From the NCBI GenBank assembly GCA_016748015.1, contig JAAOMT010000083.1, positions 4,765 to 68,764 of the forward strand: a DNA stretch of 64,000 nucleotides. Direction: 5' to 3'. Every line of letters starts with the position of its first letter. Position 1 is the stretch's first letter. The stretch comes from Geosiphon pyriformis uo1 (Eukaryota; Fungi; Glomeromycota). Below are positions 1-13,597 of this stretch, in pieces. The position numbers and the translations under genes are program-made. Under the pieces are notes generated by a model. The model did no database searches. It saw only the letters and a program-made list of their open reading frames with translations, and was not told the DNA's origin.

Positions 1-439
1 CAAACGAATACTTTCACTATTGGTTTTCTCTTTCTAAACAACGTCTCTAATGTTAAAACTCATAAACGAGTTTACCGTTTATCTGAATATCTGTTTACAT
101 GGTTTTTTTGCCATTATTCCTTTTCTCTTTTAGCTTATTATTGACTCGTGCTACCCAAGGTGAAGAAATATATTTATCAGAAACAAGTTGTCCAAATAGC
201 GGCTGATAAATTTATTATAATCCATCCAACTGAGTAGACCTGCAAATATGAAAACAGCGAATCCGAAAAACAATGCCTCTAGGAGTAATTCTTATAAGGT
301 AAAAGCTTTACAACGGTCAATAATATTACAATATATGGTAACATGTTAACATTAGAATCTTTGATAGGACAGTCTTTAATTCAAAAATTTGATTTTCTAA
401 CTGTAACGATTCTTAAAATCTAGTTTAAAAATTGAGATG

Positions 440-870
440 CTCATTTCTTTATTTTTGCTTAAACGGTGTGATCCAACCGCAGCTCATGCTTTTTATACAC
501 GTGTTCAGCCACCTGAGCCGATCGAAACCACACTATTCTATACCCATTCATTTAACACCGCTCAAAGAACTCAAAAATCCTTGATTAACCAAATCTTCCA
601 CAGAAGGTTGCCAAATCTTTACACGGTGCAGATTCATGAACATCCTAACCAAACCCTCAACCCCCGGATTTAGTTGAGTTGGGATCCTACTTGAATCAAC
701 AATCCATTCCTTAAAAACGAACCCTTTAACCAAATTAGCATACAAATCCATCACCAAATCAGCGCATTCCACCAAATCGGGATACATCAACGAATGCAAA
801 CTTGGCAAATGCTAGACCGAATCCAAGGTCTCGTAAGAACATCTCCCAAACTCCGAAAATTCGCGTGCGA
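440..870 (-). mobile_element. Non-LTR retrotransposon (LINE) ORF2 C-terminal fragment
   Basis: The minus-strand translation 'DLYANLVKGFVFKEWIVD...FMNLHRVKIWQP' resembles the C-terminal region of glomeromycotan LINE ORF2 as I recall it. It is interrupted by stops and is locally richer in GC and CpG than its flanks. Boundaries are approximate. Confidence 0.55.
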
Positions 871-879
871 TATCAAGTT

Positions 880-2057
880 AGTTTCAGTTTTTATTAAGCT
901 AAAAAGTTTGTTAAATGTTTATATTAATATATTTTAAAAGCAAATTAATAACAATTAATATAAATATAATATCAATTTAAAGAATATCAACAAATAAAAA
1001 AGATTTGTCTTTGTATTTTTGGTTGTTTTGTTAAATATTAATCTAAATACTATTTTAAAGATTCTAAAAAGAGTTATAATAATATTAATTAACAAGTATT
1101 TAATAAAATTTAATTTTGTAATCATAACTAAATTTTTTCTAAAGATGTATTAAAGTTTTTCAATAAGAACTAGTTTTAAAAATTGTAAAAGCATTTGATT
1201 TAAATAAAAAGTCAAATTTAAAATCTTATTGCAAATTTGAGTCAAGTTAAATTAGACTAACACCAAAAAATTCCAGAATTTTTTGGATATTTATACTTGT
1301 TACATATTGGTCTTTTAGGCTTTAATTAAGATTAAAAAATTATATAAGGCTTTTAAATTGGTTATGACTAAAATTGTTAACTATAAATAAGTAGAGAAAA
1401 AGTTTTGCTGAAGATAAAAAATAGATAATTAGAAGTATACTTAAGAGGCCTTTCAAAAAGATTGTTTTGGATTATTTGGTAGTTAATAAAAACATTATTT
1501 TAAAGGTTGAATTGGTCAAATCTGAGATGAATAGCATTATAAAAATTTGGGTATAATTTTTGTTAAATGGCAATTGTAATATAATTTTTTTGATCATGTA
1601 AGTAATGAAGTATTTTTTAGTATTTTAAATAAATTAAGTTTTTAAAGATAGTAAAAAAATTGCCAAATGCAAGGCTGTTGGTTTATCTAATATATCAAAT
1701 AAAATGTGAAAACATTGTAATTTAGTGGTTATGAAATTTTTGTTTGAAAAGAAACTTGGATATCAATAATTCCCAAACCATATGAGTAAAAAGGTGTTTG
1801 ACTAACACACATTCCATAGCTTTAATTAAAATGATGAGAATAATTCTTTTTGAAATCATCTCTGACCATATTTCAGCTGTTTGCGAAAATCAGAACATTA
1901 TGGGTGGAAACAACTTTTCTGTACTTAAGAACATCTCTACTTGTACACCTATTTTTGCTGTAAGTTTGGTAATTAAAGACACTTTGGAAAAGAATCTTGA
2001 AATTTAGTTGGTGTTGCAAGAAATGCATAAGACTTATATTTCAGTAGATTGGTGCCT
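880..2057 (+). mobile_element. Degenerate LINE ORF2 fragment (pre-RT linker plus N-terminal half of reverse transcriptase)
   Basis: Readable pieces are 'IIRSILKRPFKKIVLDYLVV' (~1425-1485), 'KAVGLSNISNKM*KHC' (~1670-1718), 'WISIIPKPYE' (~1758-1787) and 'LTNTHSIALI...DTLEKNLEI*LVLQEMHKTYISVDW' (1798-2052). These match non-LTR RT motifs KAxG, IPK, RPIxL and DxxKAYDSV. Many stops and frameshifts. Confidence 0.85.
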
Positions 2058-3404
2058 CTATATGAATTTATTAGTAAAAGAACAAAAATTGTGGATATCA
2101 AAATGCAATTTTTTGTTAAGCCACCCAATGAGCATGTCGAATCTCCCACGAATAATTCTGATAATTTTATTGCCGGTGATGACTATGTTGAAGGCAAATA
2201 TTTGATGGAAGAATGTCTTGCAAAATCATTGTGAAACCATGTAGAAAGCAATTGCCGAGAAAGAAAAAAAGATTTTTGCGAATCCCTTTGAATATAAAAT
2301 CATCGCATGTTTTGTGGATCATATACAGGAGAGGATTGTGTTGCCATGATGTTGCCTGTGAAAAGTGGCTATTATTAGGATGATTGGTAAATGGAAGGCT
2401 AGGAAAGTTATCTTCAACTTAAGTTTGAATTAGGCTGGCTGTCGGTCAAAAGGAAATCACAATATCAAGAAACGGGTAAACGAGTAGATCATTTAAGAAG
2501 ACTTAAATGTGTTATTCTCTTCAGCGTGTTATTCTCTTTAAATGAAATCATTCTTTGCTAGATATCGCTCCCATCTTTCCTGCTTCGTTTTCCTTCCATT
2601 TTAATAAATAATTGCAATTATTCAATGTCTGATACACTGTCAAAAGTAACATCTTTACGCTTTAAAATCTTGGTGGTTTTCTTTAGGTTTGTTTTGAATC
2701 AATGATCTTTTATTCTCTAAGCTTAATTAGGTTGGAAAAGGTTTTCTTTTTATTTTGAAATCCCTCTAAAATGAGGTAGAGATCCAATATGAGAAAAGTG
2801 ACTCATAAATTCTGAAAGTTGAGAGCAAATAATTCTGCCTCTTTGTTAAATATAACCCACGAAATTACTAGAATTTTTGACTAATAATAGCAAATTTCCA
2901 TGTTCATATATGCTTTATTTAAGTGCTAACTTCATTTGAACCCTCTCAAACTCTACTAGAGCGGCTTACAGCTTAGAATCTTGATAAAATGTAAATTGAA
3001 AATTTCAAAATCCTTATAAATGGTATACTTGATATATACAAAATTAATCAAAAAATGCTTTTTACAAACCAAGTAAACAAACTATGTACAAAGCAATAAT
3101 TAGCTGCAAGAATTTCAATATATTCTACAACGCTCAAGTTTTTTTCAACCCATTATTACATTCAAGAATATATATGAAACGTTCTAACTATAATGCAAAA
3201 AAAAGTATTTAAAATATGTCTGATAGCATTATAGTAAAATCTTCACATTTTCTTGGTCACAAAAAATTTAAATATAAAAGCTTTCAAATCAAAATAAAGA
3301 TATAATTTAATTTACGTAGATATATGCCAAAGATTCTCAGATTATTTTCCGTGATCATCTAAATATTGAACTCGATCTTCTTTTTAATAGCTAAAAATCA
3401 AGAG

Positions 3405-4744
3405 ATGATGGCTAAAGCTCTTAATCTGTTCGCATTTTCCTTTTTGCTCTTTTATCCTTTCCTAAAATTGGGCACACAAATATCAGGAAGGCAACGTTTA
3501 TTTGAATTAAATTTAAAGCGTCAACAGAGTCTCAAAACCTGGCATGTATATCATAATGCTCGAAAACAACAAGTAAGTAACTAACTATATCTTCAAAAAA
3601 AAACTTTTTTTTTTGACATCAACTTTTTCAAATTAGGCGAGATTGGGACAGAAGTCGACTCTTAAAGAACATCTGAATAGAACAACTCTTCGAGCTCTTA
3701 ATCCTCGGTCATTTGGTGAGGACGGTTTGCAACAAATACCACCAAATACCCTTTTAGAAAGTACAGAACAACTTGATTGGATGGGAATTTATGCAAGAAT
3801 TGCAACAATGATCTATCAAAATTACCTTTTCATTTTGAAATTTACAATATTTTAGATTCTTTGTTTAGCTGATGCTTTTCTAGTAAATAAAGAAATTATG
3901 GCTTTTTTTAAAAGCTCAGAACTCAGTAGCGAAGCATGGAAACAAAGAAAAAACACCATGGTAGATAATGATCTCGAATTTTTCATAGACCTTCAAATAA
4001 AGGTGGATCAAGTTTGGTATGAGAATACGTTAATATTCAAAAATGTACTTTTACAAAAAATTTATAGTCTGATAAGTAAAGGAAATTCGGATGAAAAAGA
4101 AATTCCTATATCTTTTACAGGACGTGGAATCGGTGGAGGTGAGAGAGAGGATTTATTACCTTTAACGAGGAGAATTTTAGGAATTCATAGAGTTTTTTGC
4201 AAAATTTTAGCATATGCAGTTTTGGCAGCTTTGAAATTCTTAAAAGAAGCGAGTGGAATATATGGATTTAAACTCAATACATATCTTTAAACTTTTGGGC
4301 AACCACGAATCGGTAATGCAGCGTTCTCGAGTTTCGTCAATGATGTCTACCCAATGTCCCGAATCACCCATACCAATGATCGAGTTCCCCAATTCCCTTT
4401 GGTGGATGATAAAGGGGAAAAATATTATCATCACAATACAGAATATTGGATTGCTCATGATTGTAATTGTCTGGAAACTAATACTACCACAGAATATGTT
4501 GTTTACAAATGTCCTGGATATGAATTGGAGTGGGGCGATATTAGAGAGCACCCTGTAAGTCCCAATGTTACAAGAGATTTTAAAGCAATTTTTAATTCTC
4601 TCAACTTCTGAACTCTTTCTTTTCAACAAGGATTGCAACTCGAAGCAAGGAGGGTCGGAAGAAGATGCTATTCGTGCACATTATGGACCTTATTTTGGTA
4701 CAAACATGAGAGACTGCAAATCAATGTGGCAACGATGGTGGTGA
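3405..4744 (+). pseudogene. Class 3 lipase-like (alpha/beta hydrolase) pseudogene, nucleophile Ser replaced by Gly
   Basis: Exons are about 3405-3572, 3637-~3810, 3856-4138, 4211-4554 and 4631-4744 (GT..AG introns except the second). It has a hydrophobic N-terminus and motifs FTGRGIGGAYA, TFGQPRIGN, RITHTNDRVP, YYHHNTEYW and AHYGPYFG. Lesions: an in-frame TAA at 4288-4290 just before TFGQPR, and no GT donor for the intron ending at AG 3854-3855. Confidence 0.85.
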
Positions 4745-7167
4745 ACCCGAATTAGAGCCAACACTTTTGAGGATATTTAGATTGATGAAGAAGCAAATAA
4801 CTCTTGTTTCTTTAAAAATTGAATTTGATTTTTATATAGTTTCTTTCTTTCAAAAGAATTCCGCATTGATTACCAAAGTTTTTAAATTTATTTTTCCATA
4901 TTTATGAAAGAAATACTTGATTAGAAGACTAGATTTAAAAAATATTGTTCCACAGATAATCTCTTGTTTTGGGATGTTTTAATTTTTCTTATTAAATGTA
5001 ATATGTTCTTTCATTTCAGAAAATTTTTATTGAACAATTGCATTTCACACTGAAATTAATATAATTTCCTAAGGTGGGATGAGAAAAGATCGATGCGTAA
5101 TTAAATTATCTTTTCATAATATTTTTTCTGTTAATCACAAATTCAATTTTTAAACCGAGTGTTTGAGAATATGATTGGGTCCTGCTGTACAGGATTTCAA
5201 TCGAAAAACATGAGAATTTGATTTTTTGTTTGAAATCAAATGAATAACTGTTAACAATTTACTTTTAACCACGATTAGATTTGAAACGAAAGTATTTGAA
5301 TGCTGTGTAAAGACAAAAAAAGTCTTTACTTAAAAAAATAATATCATATATAATATCATTTGTTCTTACATCTAATTAAATAAAATAGCAAATGAGATTT
5401 CTATTCTGAAAAACAATTATAAGAGTAATTATAGCATACAAAAATAGACTTCAAATTTAACCAACGGGATAAGCATTTTCCGATATAAACAATCAATCCA
5501 ATTATTTAATCTAAAACACCTAGTTTCCCCTCTTTAAAGAAATTCTGGTTTCAAATTAGGTGAGGGGGTTAGATAAGAAGTTAATATTATTTCAGAAAAT
5601 TGTATAAATCGTGTTATCAATAACTTTTTCATAAAAATGGTTAGATTTCTGAATTGAATTAAATATTTCCTTTTTATTCTGCCTTGTCATCATCTTTGAA
5701 TATTTGAAATTTAAAACAATACAAACACAAAATTCCTATAGTAAAGATAGGAATTAAAAAAATAAAATTATTTCAAAATAAATAAATAAATAAATAATAA
5801 ATTTTGATTTCTTTTTATTATTTTATTATTTTATTCAAAAGTGTTTCTTAAATGTATTAAAGTTTTGAAAATTTTCAATGCTTTTTGTTTTTCCAATTTT
5901 TGCTAAAGTTGTTTGCATTTGGTAATAGAAACAAAATAATTTCTCATATTATCTATTTTTTTCGTGTTAGATTCTTTTGCAACAGTCAACCCATTTTTCC
6001 CTTTATTTATGATTTTATGCAGAATCATATATTTTTTAAAATTGAAAGCGAAAATTTTCTAATTCAACTTTTTTTGTCATGAAACTTAAATAGAAAATAA
6101 AATTATAAATTGAAATGATAAAATTTATTTCAAATACCTGAAAATTATATTTATTCATTGAATTTTTTGTAGATTGAGAGTAAAATTAGGTTTAATAAAA
6201 TCAATATAGAGTTAAAAAACTCGTTTTTATCAAATAAAATTCTTGTTTGATCTTTTATTGCGCCTAGTTTCCAATTCATGAAATTGCTTTTTTTATCATA
6301 TTTCTAAAGCAGAAAAACTTTAAAGAAAACTTTGAGACATAAAGAAACTTCTAGAAATTAATTGTGAAACATTATTTAGAAAAATTTAGATTAAGATCTC
6401 ACTAAAAAAATCAGATTTCGAGATTTTAATATATAAATTTTTCCAAATCTCACAGAAAGTTGTCAATCAAATCTAACCGTACTTAACATCGGGTCTCGTT
6501 GCATGTTGAGAAAATTCTTTTGATAGAGTTTCAAAAGTTTCCGAAATCATGATACTCTTTGGACAAAAATTTAAATCTACACAAATCACAAGATTAATAT
6601 GCAAATCAAATTTTTCTTTCTTACAATTTGTTCAAAAATGATTTTTTTAAGTTATCCCTTTTTCGATTTCATAATCAATCTATCCTACGACAAAAAAGTT
6701 TGATTTCTAGAAAAAGCTTCTTACTTTGAAATTCTAGAAACTTTTGCCATCCTGGTTGAACCTTGCAAATTGAAAATCATTATCAACTACTGGTGCAAAT
6801 ATTTCACAATTGGCGTTCATGCAATCGATTTTTGGTACTTTGTACATATGTATCGGAAGATCCAGGGCCAACCAAAAATTAAACACTAATCAGTGTTACA
6901 TATCGCCACGAGTCATGGTCCTTGCAACCACATGGTTTAGCAAGGAATGATTATTTGCCCTTTGGTAAAAAGTCAGAAGATATAAAAAAATGAGGAGACA
7001 ATATCAGTATCGATAAAAACGTCATCCAATTTTAGTTCGAATACTGTTTGACAAAAAAGAGATCGACGAGGGAATCTTGTTTGCCCCCCCCCCCTCCCAT
7101 TACTTTATACGTCACTCAGTCATTCGTTAAAAAGTAAAACTCGAAAAATTGTCTTGATGAAACCACA

Positions 7168-7168
7168 G

Positions 7169-7203
<35 letters not shown>
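7168..7203. repeat. (ATT)n microsatellite
   Basis: About 12 perfect ATT units. Confidence 0.9.
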
Positions 7204-7942
7204 GACCATTCAATTCCTGACATTTAAAATGTGCTAAATAAGGCGTACATAAAAAAGATTTCTATTTCGAAAAAACCTTTTTTTAGCGATCTTTACAACT
7301 GACGTTTCACAAAAGATTTTACCGGATCATTAATGATGATCATCAAAATGATGCTCAAATAAAAATCTTTATTTGGTTTCATGGCTCTTTTAACTATGAA
7401 CGGAACTTTTACCTATTTCTTTCATATAGTTATGATCTTTTGGTGGGTGCTGTGGAGGAGGGGGCTTTTTGAAGAAAACAAAGTATTAATTCCAAGTTCG
7501 GTAAAAATTTATTTGTTGCGTGACTTTAATTTGGTAAATATCATGAATTATTAGCGTCATCATCAAAGAATCAACATTGAAAGCAACACTCTTAAAAAGA
7601 AAAACAAGGCTTTTTTTTGATCGCTACACTTTTGATTTGTTTATAAATAGATAAATAAGTCAGATGTAAAAATAAAGAATAAATTTTACGTAGGTTAATA
7701 TTATGTAAATGAAATAATCAAAATAAGAAAGCTGATGGTTCTTAAGACTTCCTTTACATTTTCTCATTCCTTTTTTTTTTTGAAAGAAATTTATAAGAAT
7801 ATTAATTTTGAATTTTTTTCACCCTAATTTTAAAGAAATTCATATCGATAATTTTAATTTATTAGAAAAAAGCCTCGGGGAACTTCAAATCATTTAAACT
7901 CAACCTTAACTCGAAAAAAGAACACCAAACAATAATTTTAAA

Positions 7943-8980
7943 ATGGGTGTTTGCTTTTCATGTTCAAAATACCCCACTTTGAAAAAATCCAAATCTCGCT
8001 CACCTTTCAAAAAATCTTCATCAAAGTCCCTACAGATTTCAAACCCTTCATTTTCTCAGTTCGCAACAACAAAATATAATTTACCAACATTTGACTCTTT
8101 AACATCACCACAAAGCTTAGCACCTTTTCTCTACCGTTATATTTGGCAATCAAACTTCTCCTCACCAATTTTACATAATCTCAAAACACCCGGATTTCGT
8201 GTTCTAGATATTGGCTATGGTTCATCAACTTTTCTTCAAGCTCTCGCAAATGAATATCCATTAACAATTTTTACAGGGATTGACTTGAAAGAAGAATTTG
8301 TCTTAGATCAAGGAAGAGGAAATTTGAGGTTTCATAAAGTAGATTTAAAAGAAGGGTTCAAACTTGATTATGAAGATGAATCTTTTGATTTTGTCTGTTT
8401 GAGATTTTTGGGTTGGAAAATTAGTGAAAACGAGATCAAAAGAGTATTAGACGAGGGATTTCGTTGTTTGAAGTCGGGTGGATGGGTTGAAGTGATGGAT
8501 CTCGAAGGGCAAGGAATGAATCAAGGATTTTCAACCGGTCGATTGACCAATGCCTGTAAGAATTATTTTATTTTATTTGATTATGTTAGCTAAAAATTTT
8601 CTAGTAATTCTAACCCCATTTCAATTCCTAAAAATCTAGTTCGTCAACACCTCATAGCAACTTCAAAAACACCACATCTGCCTTCTTTACTTACGCCTCT
8701 CCTCAATTCACACAATTTACTTGATATTCAAATTAATGAACAATGTCATCCTCTCGGTGACTGGGATGATCTATTAGGCGAAGTCGCAATTTCACATCTT
8801 ATACAACAATTTTTTGATTTAAAAGAAGAAATGAAAACCATTTTAGGAGTTGACGATGAAGGATTTGAAGATTTAATTCGAAATGTCAGATCTGAATGTA
8901 GTGTGTTTCAAACATACTGGATTAGTGTACGGGGATTTGGGGTTAAACCATACGTCGAACGAAAGGGGGTCAGTGGCTGA
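7943..8980 (+). CDS. Class I SAM-dependent methyltransferase (fungal LaeA-like/Methyltransf_25 type), ~317 aa, 2 exons
   Basis: Exon 1 is 7943-8555, the intron is GTAAGA..TAG (8556-8639), and exon 2 is 8640-8980 ending in TGA; the spliced frame is open. Motifs: YIWQSNFSSP, motif I RVLDIGYGS, FTGID, DESFDFV, RCLKSGGWVEVMD, HPLGDW. Confidence 0.9.
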
Positions 8981-9257
8981 CGAGCAAGATTTAGTAGTTT
9001 TATTTTTGTTAAAGACAACAAACCTTGAGGGGCTTTTCGGTTCTTTTTAAAGATTTATTCTACTACGAATCCATGGAGAATGCAATCTTTATATGACTTT
9101 ATTAAAATCGCATTAACGTTCAAATTCTTGAAACGAATTGATCATTTTCATCACAACCATTTTTGTAAGTTATCACTTTCATATAATTCAGAAGTTAAGT
9201 ATTATTACTTGATAAAATTCGCATTTGTAATGTACGTTAAATATTTTTGCATATATA

Positions 9258-9310
9258 AAAACAAACAAATAAACAAATAAACAAATAAACAAATAAACAA
9301 CCAAACAAAG
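9258..9310. repeat. (AAACAAAT)n short tandem repeat
   Basis: About 5-6 copies of the 8-mer. Confidence 0.85.
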
Positions 9311-9587
9311 AATATTTTTAATAATTAACTACCTGTTAACAATCTTATCTGGGGACTTTTACTTTAAAGGTTTAATGGTCCAAGATTTCTTGATAACGTT
9401 TCACCCTTCCCAATAGGAGATTTTTAAATTTAATATAGTTTTTATTAAAATATTTATAATTATGATCGAAATCAGTCAGCGAATGAAAGGACCTAAATAT
9501 AAATATAAATGCTACATGATATCACTAACTATAAATAAAATGATTTTTTTCATCCCGCGCAGCATTGTTAACCAATTTTTTATTTCA

Positions 9588-10390
9588 ATGCATCAGATTT
9601 CACAAGAAAAACCCTCCCGAAAATATACGCTGACAAGAATGATACGTAGTCCACGAAATTGCTGCGTCAGAGCAGGTAGCCCTGGCTTTGGGTTCTAAAA
9701 ATTTGAAAAATAAAAAAGAAACCGGGAACTTCAATAACAAACCAAAACTTGGTCGTCCACACACACTTTCGGATCATTATGAAAGGAATTCTGTCCGACT
9801 GATAATATTCGAAAAATGCTCCACCGCCGTTGAAGCTCAATACCAGCTCCAAACTGATGTGGGAATTCAGGAAAATGAATTATGCCCCAAAATAAAGCGC
9901 GAAAAACCATGGCTCACCTACGTACAAAAAACGCCGACTCACTTGGGAAAATATTTTTACGCCATATTACACCAACTTCAAATTACTGCCGATAGAATTG
10001 GTGGGCTCCGAAAAATTGAATGCAGATGACTAAGCAGATATATTGAATAAAAATATATTTAGGTTCCCTTTTGGAAACAATGCTAGATAAGCACGAAATC
10101 CTTTTCCAGGAAAATAAGGATTCAAAACACACTTTCGCGAAAATGAGATGATATTACTTGATTGAACCCTAGCCTCCTGACTTAAACGAAATCAAGCATT
10201 TATGGAATGAAGTAGATATGCATATTCGAAAACTTCCTTGGCCATTTTCCAATAGAGATAAGCTGTAGGAAAAGTTACAAGTTGTCTTAAATAGTATCGA
10301 ACTCAATAGCATCGAACTTAATTTTTGTGAAAGACTAATCGCAATTCCATGCCAAAAAGGTCAAGGATATGAGAGAGTTGGAATTGTGTC
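9588..10390 (+). mobile_element. Tc1/mariner transposase relic
   Basis: 'KLGRPHTLS' is the GRP linker/HTH region. 'ILFQENKDSKHT' (~10098-10133) corresponds to FQQDNDPKH, and 'P*PPDLNEIKHLW' (~10167-10205) to SPDLNPIExxW. 'MPKR' lies near 10349. Multiple stops and deletions; TIRs not identified. Confidence 0.85.
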
Positions 10391-12022
10391 TGGCTATGAT
10401 AAATGCGTCACAAACAATTTTTAAAAAAACTAAGTAACAATCATTTATTTTTAGAATGCCACATATTTTAACTTGATTGTAAAAAATTTTGTAATTTTTT
10501 GATTGCTAACTCACTGAGATAACATTGTTTTGCTATTTGAAATACTTCAAGCTTTGTCAATTAAATAATAAAAAAATCAAAAATTAATAAATAATCTTAA
10601 ACCCACACTGTTGTTACAATAAGGATTTCAAAACCGAAAAAACAACAAATTTTGGGCAGAAAGTATAAACATGTATTTTTTTTTATTGCTTAAACATATG
10701 GTGTAATCCAACTGCAGTTTATGCTTTTCCCTACACGTGATCAGCTACCAGTATATTTCACATTTTTTTGTAACTATATAAAATAAATTTAAATTTTCAA
10801 TTTTAATTATTTTTTAAATAATTGTTTTAATATAAGCAATTATTTATTATTTTTTATGAATAAATTAGTCAAGTTAAAATATAACATAATACATAATTTA
10901 TTTATTTCATTTTTAAAAAAATTGTTATTTAAAAGTATTTTAAGTAAGATTTTAAAACCATAAAAAAGCAATATTTTATATATATATAACATAAATTATG
11001 TTTATAGTTAAAAATGTAATTTCATTCAATCGAATATTTTTCTAGCCTATTATTTTAAAAATATTCTCGCATTGTAAATTTGTTATGGTTGATGATAGTT
11101 GCAAATAATTATGAAGATCATACCAATTAAACATTTGTCAAATTTCTTTTAATTATGATAAAATTTTCATATAAATAAATAAAAGAATAGGACATAACAA
11201 TATTTTAATAGTAATCTTACATATAATTATAAAAGAATATTAAATTAGTATATAATTAATAAATTTAAATAAAAAATTAAATTTTTAAAACTTGACAATA
11301 AAAATTTTATACAAATATATAATATATTCCTTAAATTAATAAAATACCTACTGTGAACAAATTTATCTTTAATTTCAATAACCCTTATTATACTTTGATA
11401 TTGGAAAACATAATCTATTTTCAAATTATTTTATTAAAAACATAAAAATTTAATATACAACATGATCGGGTTTGTATTTTATTAATTTATAAATTTCATC
11501 CTTTAAAATACCTTCTTTATATTTTTGAATACCTTGATACTTTTCTTTTACTCTCATTGTACAAAAGAATGGTCATATTTATAAACAGATTGTTTTCCAT
11601 AATAGTTCAAGAAAAATGATTATTACATATGTTGCCATCAGCAAAAATCATATGAAAATGCCTGTTAATTTGTTAAGTTAAAAAATCTGATGAGTTTGGA
11701 CGTGAGTGTATCTCAAAGGATTAAAGATGACTTTATTTTAATTTTCTTTATCATCTCACTGTCATTTTTCAAATTCTGGGCTGCCGTTTCCTCTTCACAA
11801 TGGGGAACTCAACTTCCCAACAACCGATACTTCTTATGAATTCAGATCATTAATAATATAGGTTGCATATTGATTAAGTTATTCAAGAATGGCGGGAGAA
11901 TTTTTGGTTGCTGATTGGTTGATTTGCCAAGAATTTTATGATATATTAGGTCTTGGGCGAAGGAAAGAATTTTTCAGAGTTGAAGTCTCATAATCATTAT
12001 CGCTATCTTCATCATCCTTATC

Positions 12023-13597
12023 ATGTCTTTAAAACAAACTGTAGCTGTAACCGGCGCGACCGGTGAAGGAATTAAATTAGTCGTAATATATTTGTTGAAT
12101 TCATTCCTCCATTCAACTAATTATTGAATAATTTCCAATCATCTGATAGGCCGGCAAGGTGGCTCAGTAGTAAATGCTCTTTTAGCCACTGGAAAATATA
12201 ATATCCGCGGCTTAACTCGTGATCCGTCTTCGGCTGCTGGTCAAGCTCTCACAGCCAAAGGTGTTGAGGTAGTCAAGGCCAATTTATCAAGTAGCGAAGA
12301 TGTGGAGCGAGCATTCAAAGGAGCTGATGTTGCATGGGTTGTTACTAATTTTTGGGATCCGGTGAGTGAAATTGAACGATATCAATTGCGATAACTTATA
12401 TGACTAATTGGTTAAAAAGTAATAATTAATTCATTGACGGACCTTTTGGTCGGTTTTTGGAGTCAATGTATGGGAGGAAGTTCGTCAGGGTAAATTGATA
12501 GCGGATGTGGCAAAGAAATTTGGTTTTAATTGGTTAATTTATAGGTAAAAAGAATTTAAGATTCGTAACAAATTTAATATGAATTTCATTCAAGATGTTT
12601 GACACATTTTCTGTTTCAATTCTATTTCGACAAAGCTCACTCCCTGACGCAGATGTCAGATCAAAAGGACTTTACAATAAGGCTATTCACTTTACAGGTT
12701 AAGCAAATTTTGTTACTTTATGAAAAATTTTTAAACCATTCTGCCAGTTTTTTTATTGAATTATGATAAACATTACAGGAAAAAATCAAGTAGAGCAATA
12801 TATTCGTTAAAGTGGAATTCCAAATTCTACATTTGTTTACGCTAGTTTTTACCCTTCAGACTTTGACACATTCTTTCCAATGATCGATAAAGAAGACTAT
12901 GTAGAAATAAAAGTGTCAATTTTTCAGGCTGACACTTTGATACCTATTTTTGATGCTCCTAACGATACAGGGGTAAGCTTCTAATATAAAGTTTTATTAA
13001 AAAAATGGCTTTAAATGGTTGATATTGGTGAATAATTTTCACATTTGCTTTTCCAATCTTCTTTTTAGCCAATCGTGGCTAAAATTATTGAAGAAGGACC
13101 ACAGAAATGAAATAGCAAAAGCATCGGAGCCGCGGCAGAATACATTACACTTCAAAAAGTTGCCGAAACTTTGACCAAAGGTAACTGTAAAGACACGTAA
13201 TATTTCACTTATACTAAACCAAATTTTCAAAAAGAATTTAACTAATTCCCATTATCCTCATACCTCAAGTGATGGGGAAAGAACATCGATTCATCTCACT
13301 TTCCAAAGAGGAAACTGCCAAGGAGGCCCCGGACATGGCAATTGATGAATTCTTTGATATGGTAGTGATTGTAAAAAAATTTATCTTTAATGTTTCATTA
13401 TCAATATCAACTTCTGATTTTTTATTTTTACTTATTATTCTTGATACTTGATTTTCATATTACAGAACGGGTGGATCAAGGATTTTGGATAGTTTGGGGG
13501 AGATGAGGCTCTTGGTGATTTTTCTATTGCGAAGGAATTACATCCTTCTATCACTACCTTTGAACAGTACGCTGAAAAAAAGTATGGAAAGAAGTAA
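12023..13597 (+). pseudogene. NmrA-like NAD(P)-binding Rossmann protein pseudogene (8 exons)
   Basis: Spliced translation gives VAVTGATGRQGGSVVNALL, IRGLTRDPSS, VTNFWDP, EEVRQGKLIAD, YSSLP, HFTGKNQVEQY and DTGPIVAKII. In-frame stops: TAA 12808-12810, TGA 13108-13110, TAG 13490-13492. The exon-3 acceptor appears as GG (12448-12449) instead of AG. Confidence 0.9.

Noticed and set aside
440-2057. Back-to-back LINE fragments as a twin-priming 5' inversion
   Set aside because: The orientation fits, but the pieces come from distant parts of ORF2, differ greatly in mutation load, and show no TSD or poly(A). Independent insertions are more likely.
11300-11850. Possible decayed gene on the minus strand upstream of the NmrA pseudogene
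   Set aside because: No sustained frame or recognisable motif.
4288-13492. Stop-codon reassignment or readthrough explaining in-frame stops in the lipase and NmrA genes
   Set aside because: All three stop types occur, they coincide with splice-site lesions, and intact genes end normally in TAA or TGA.
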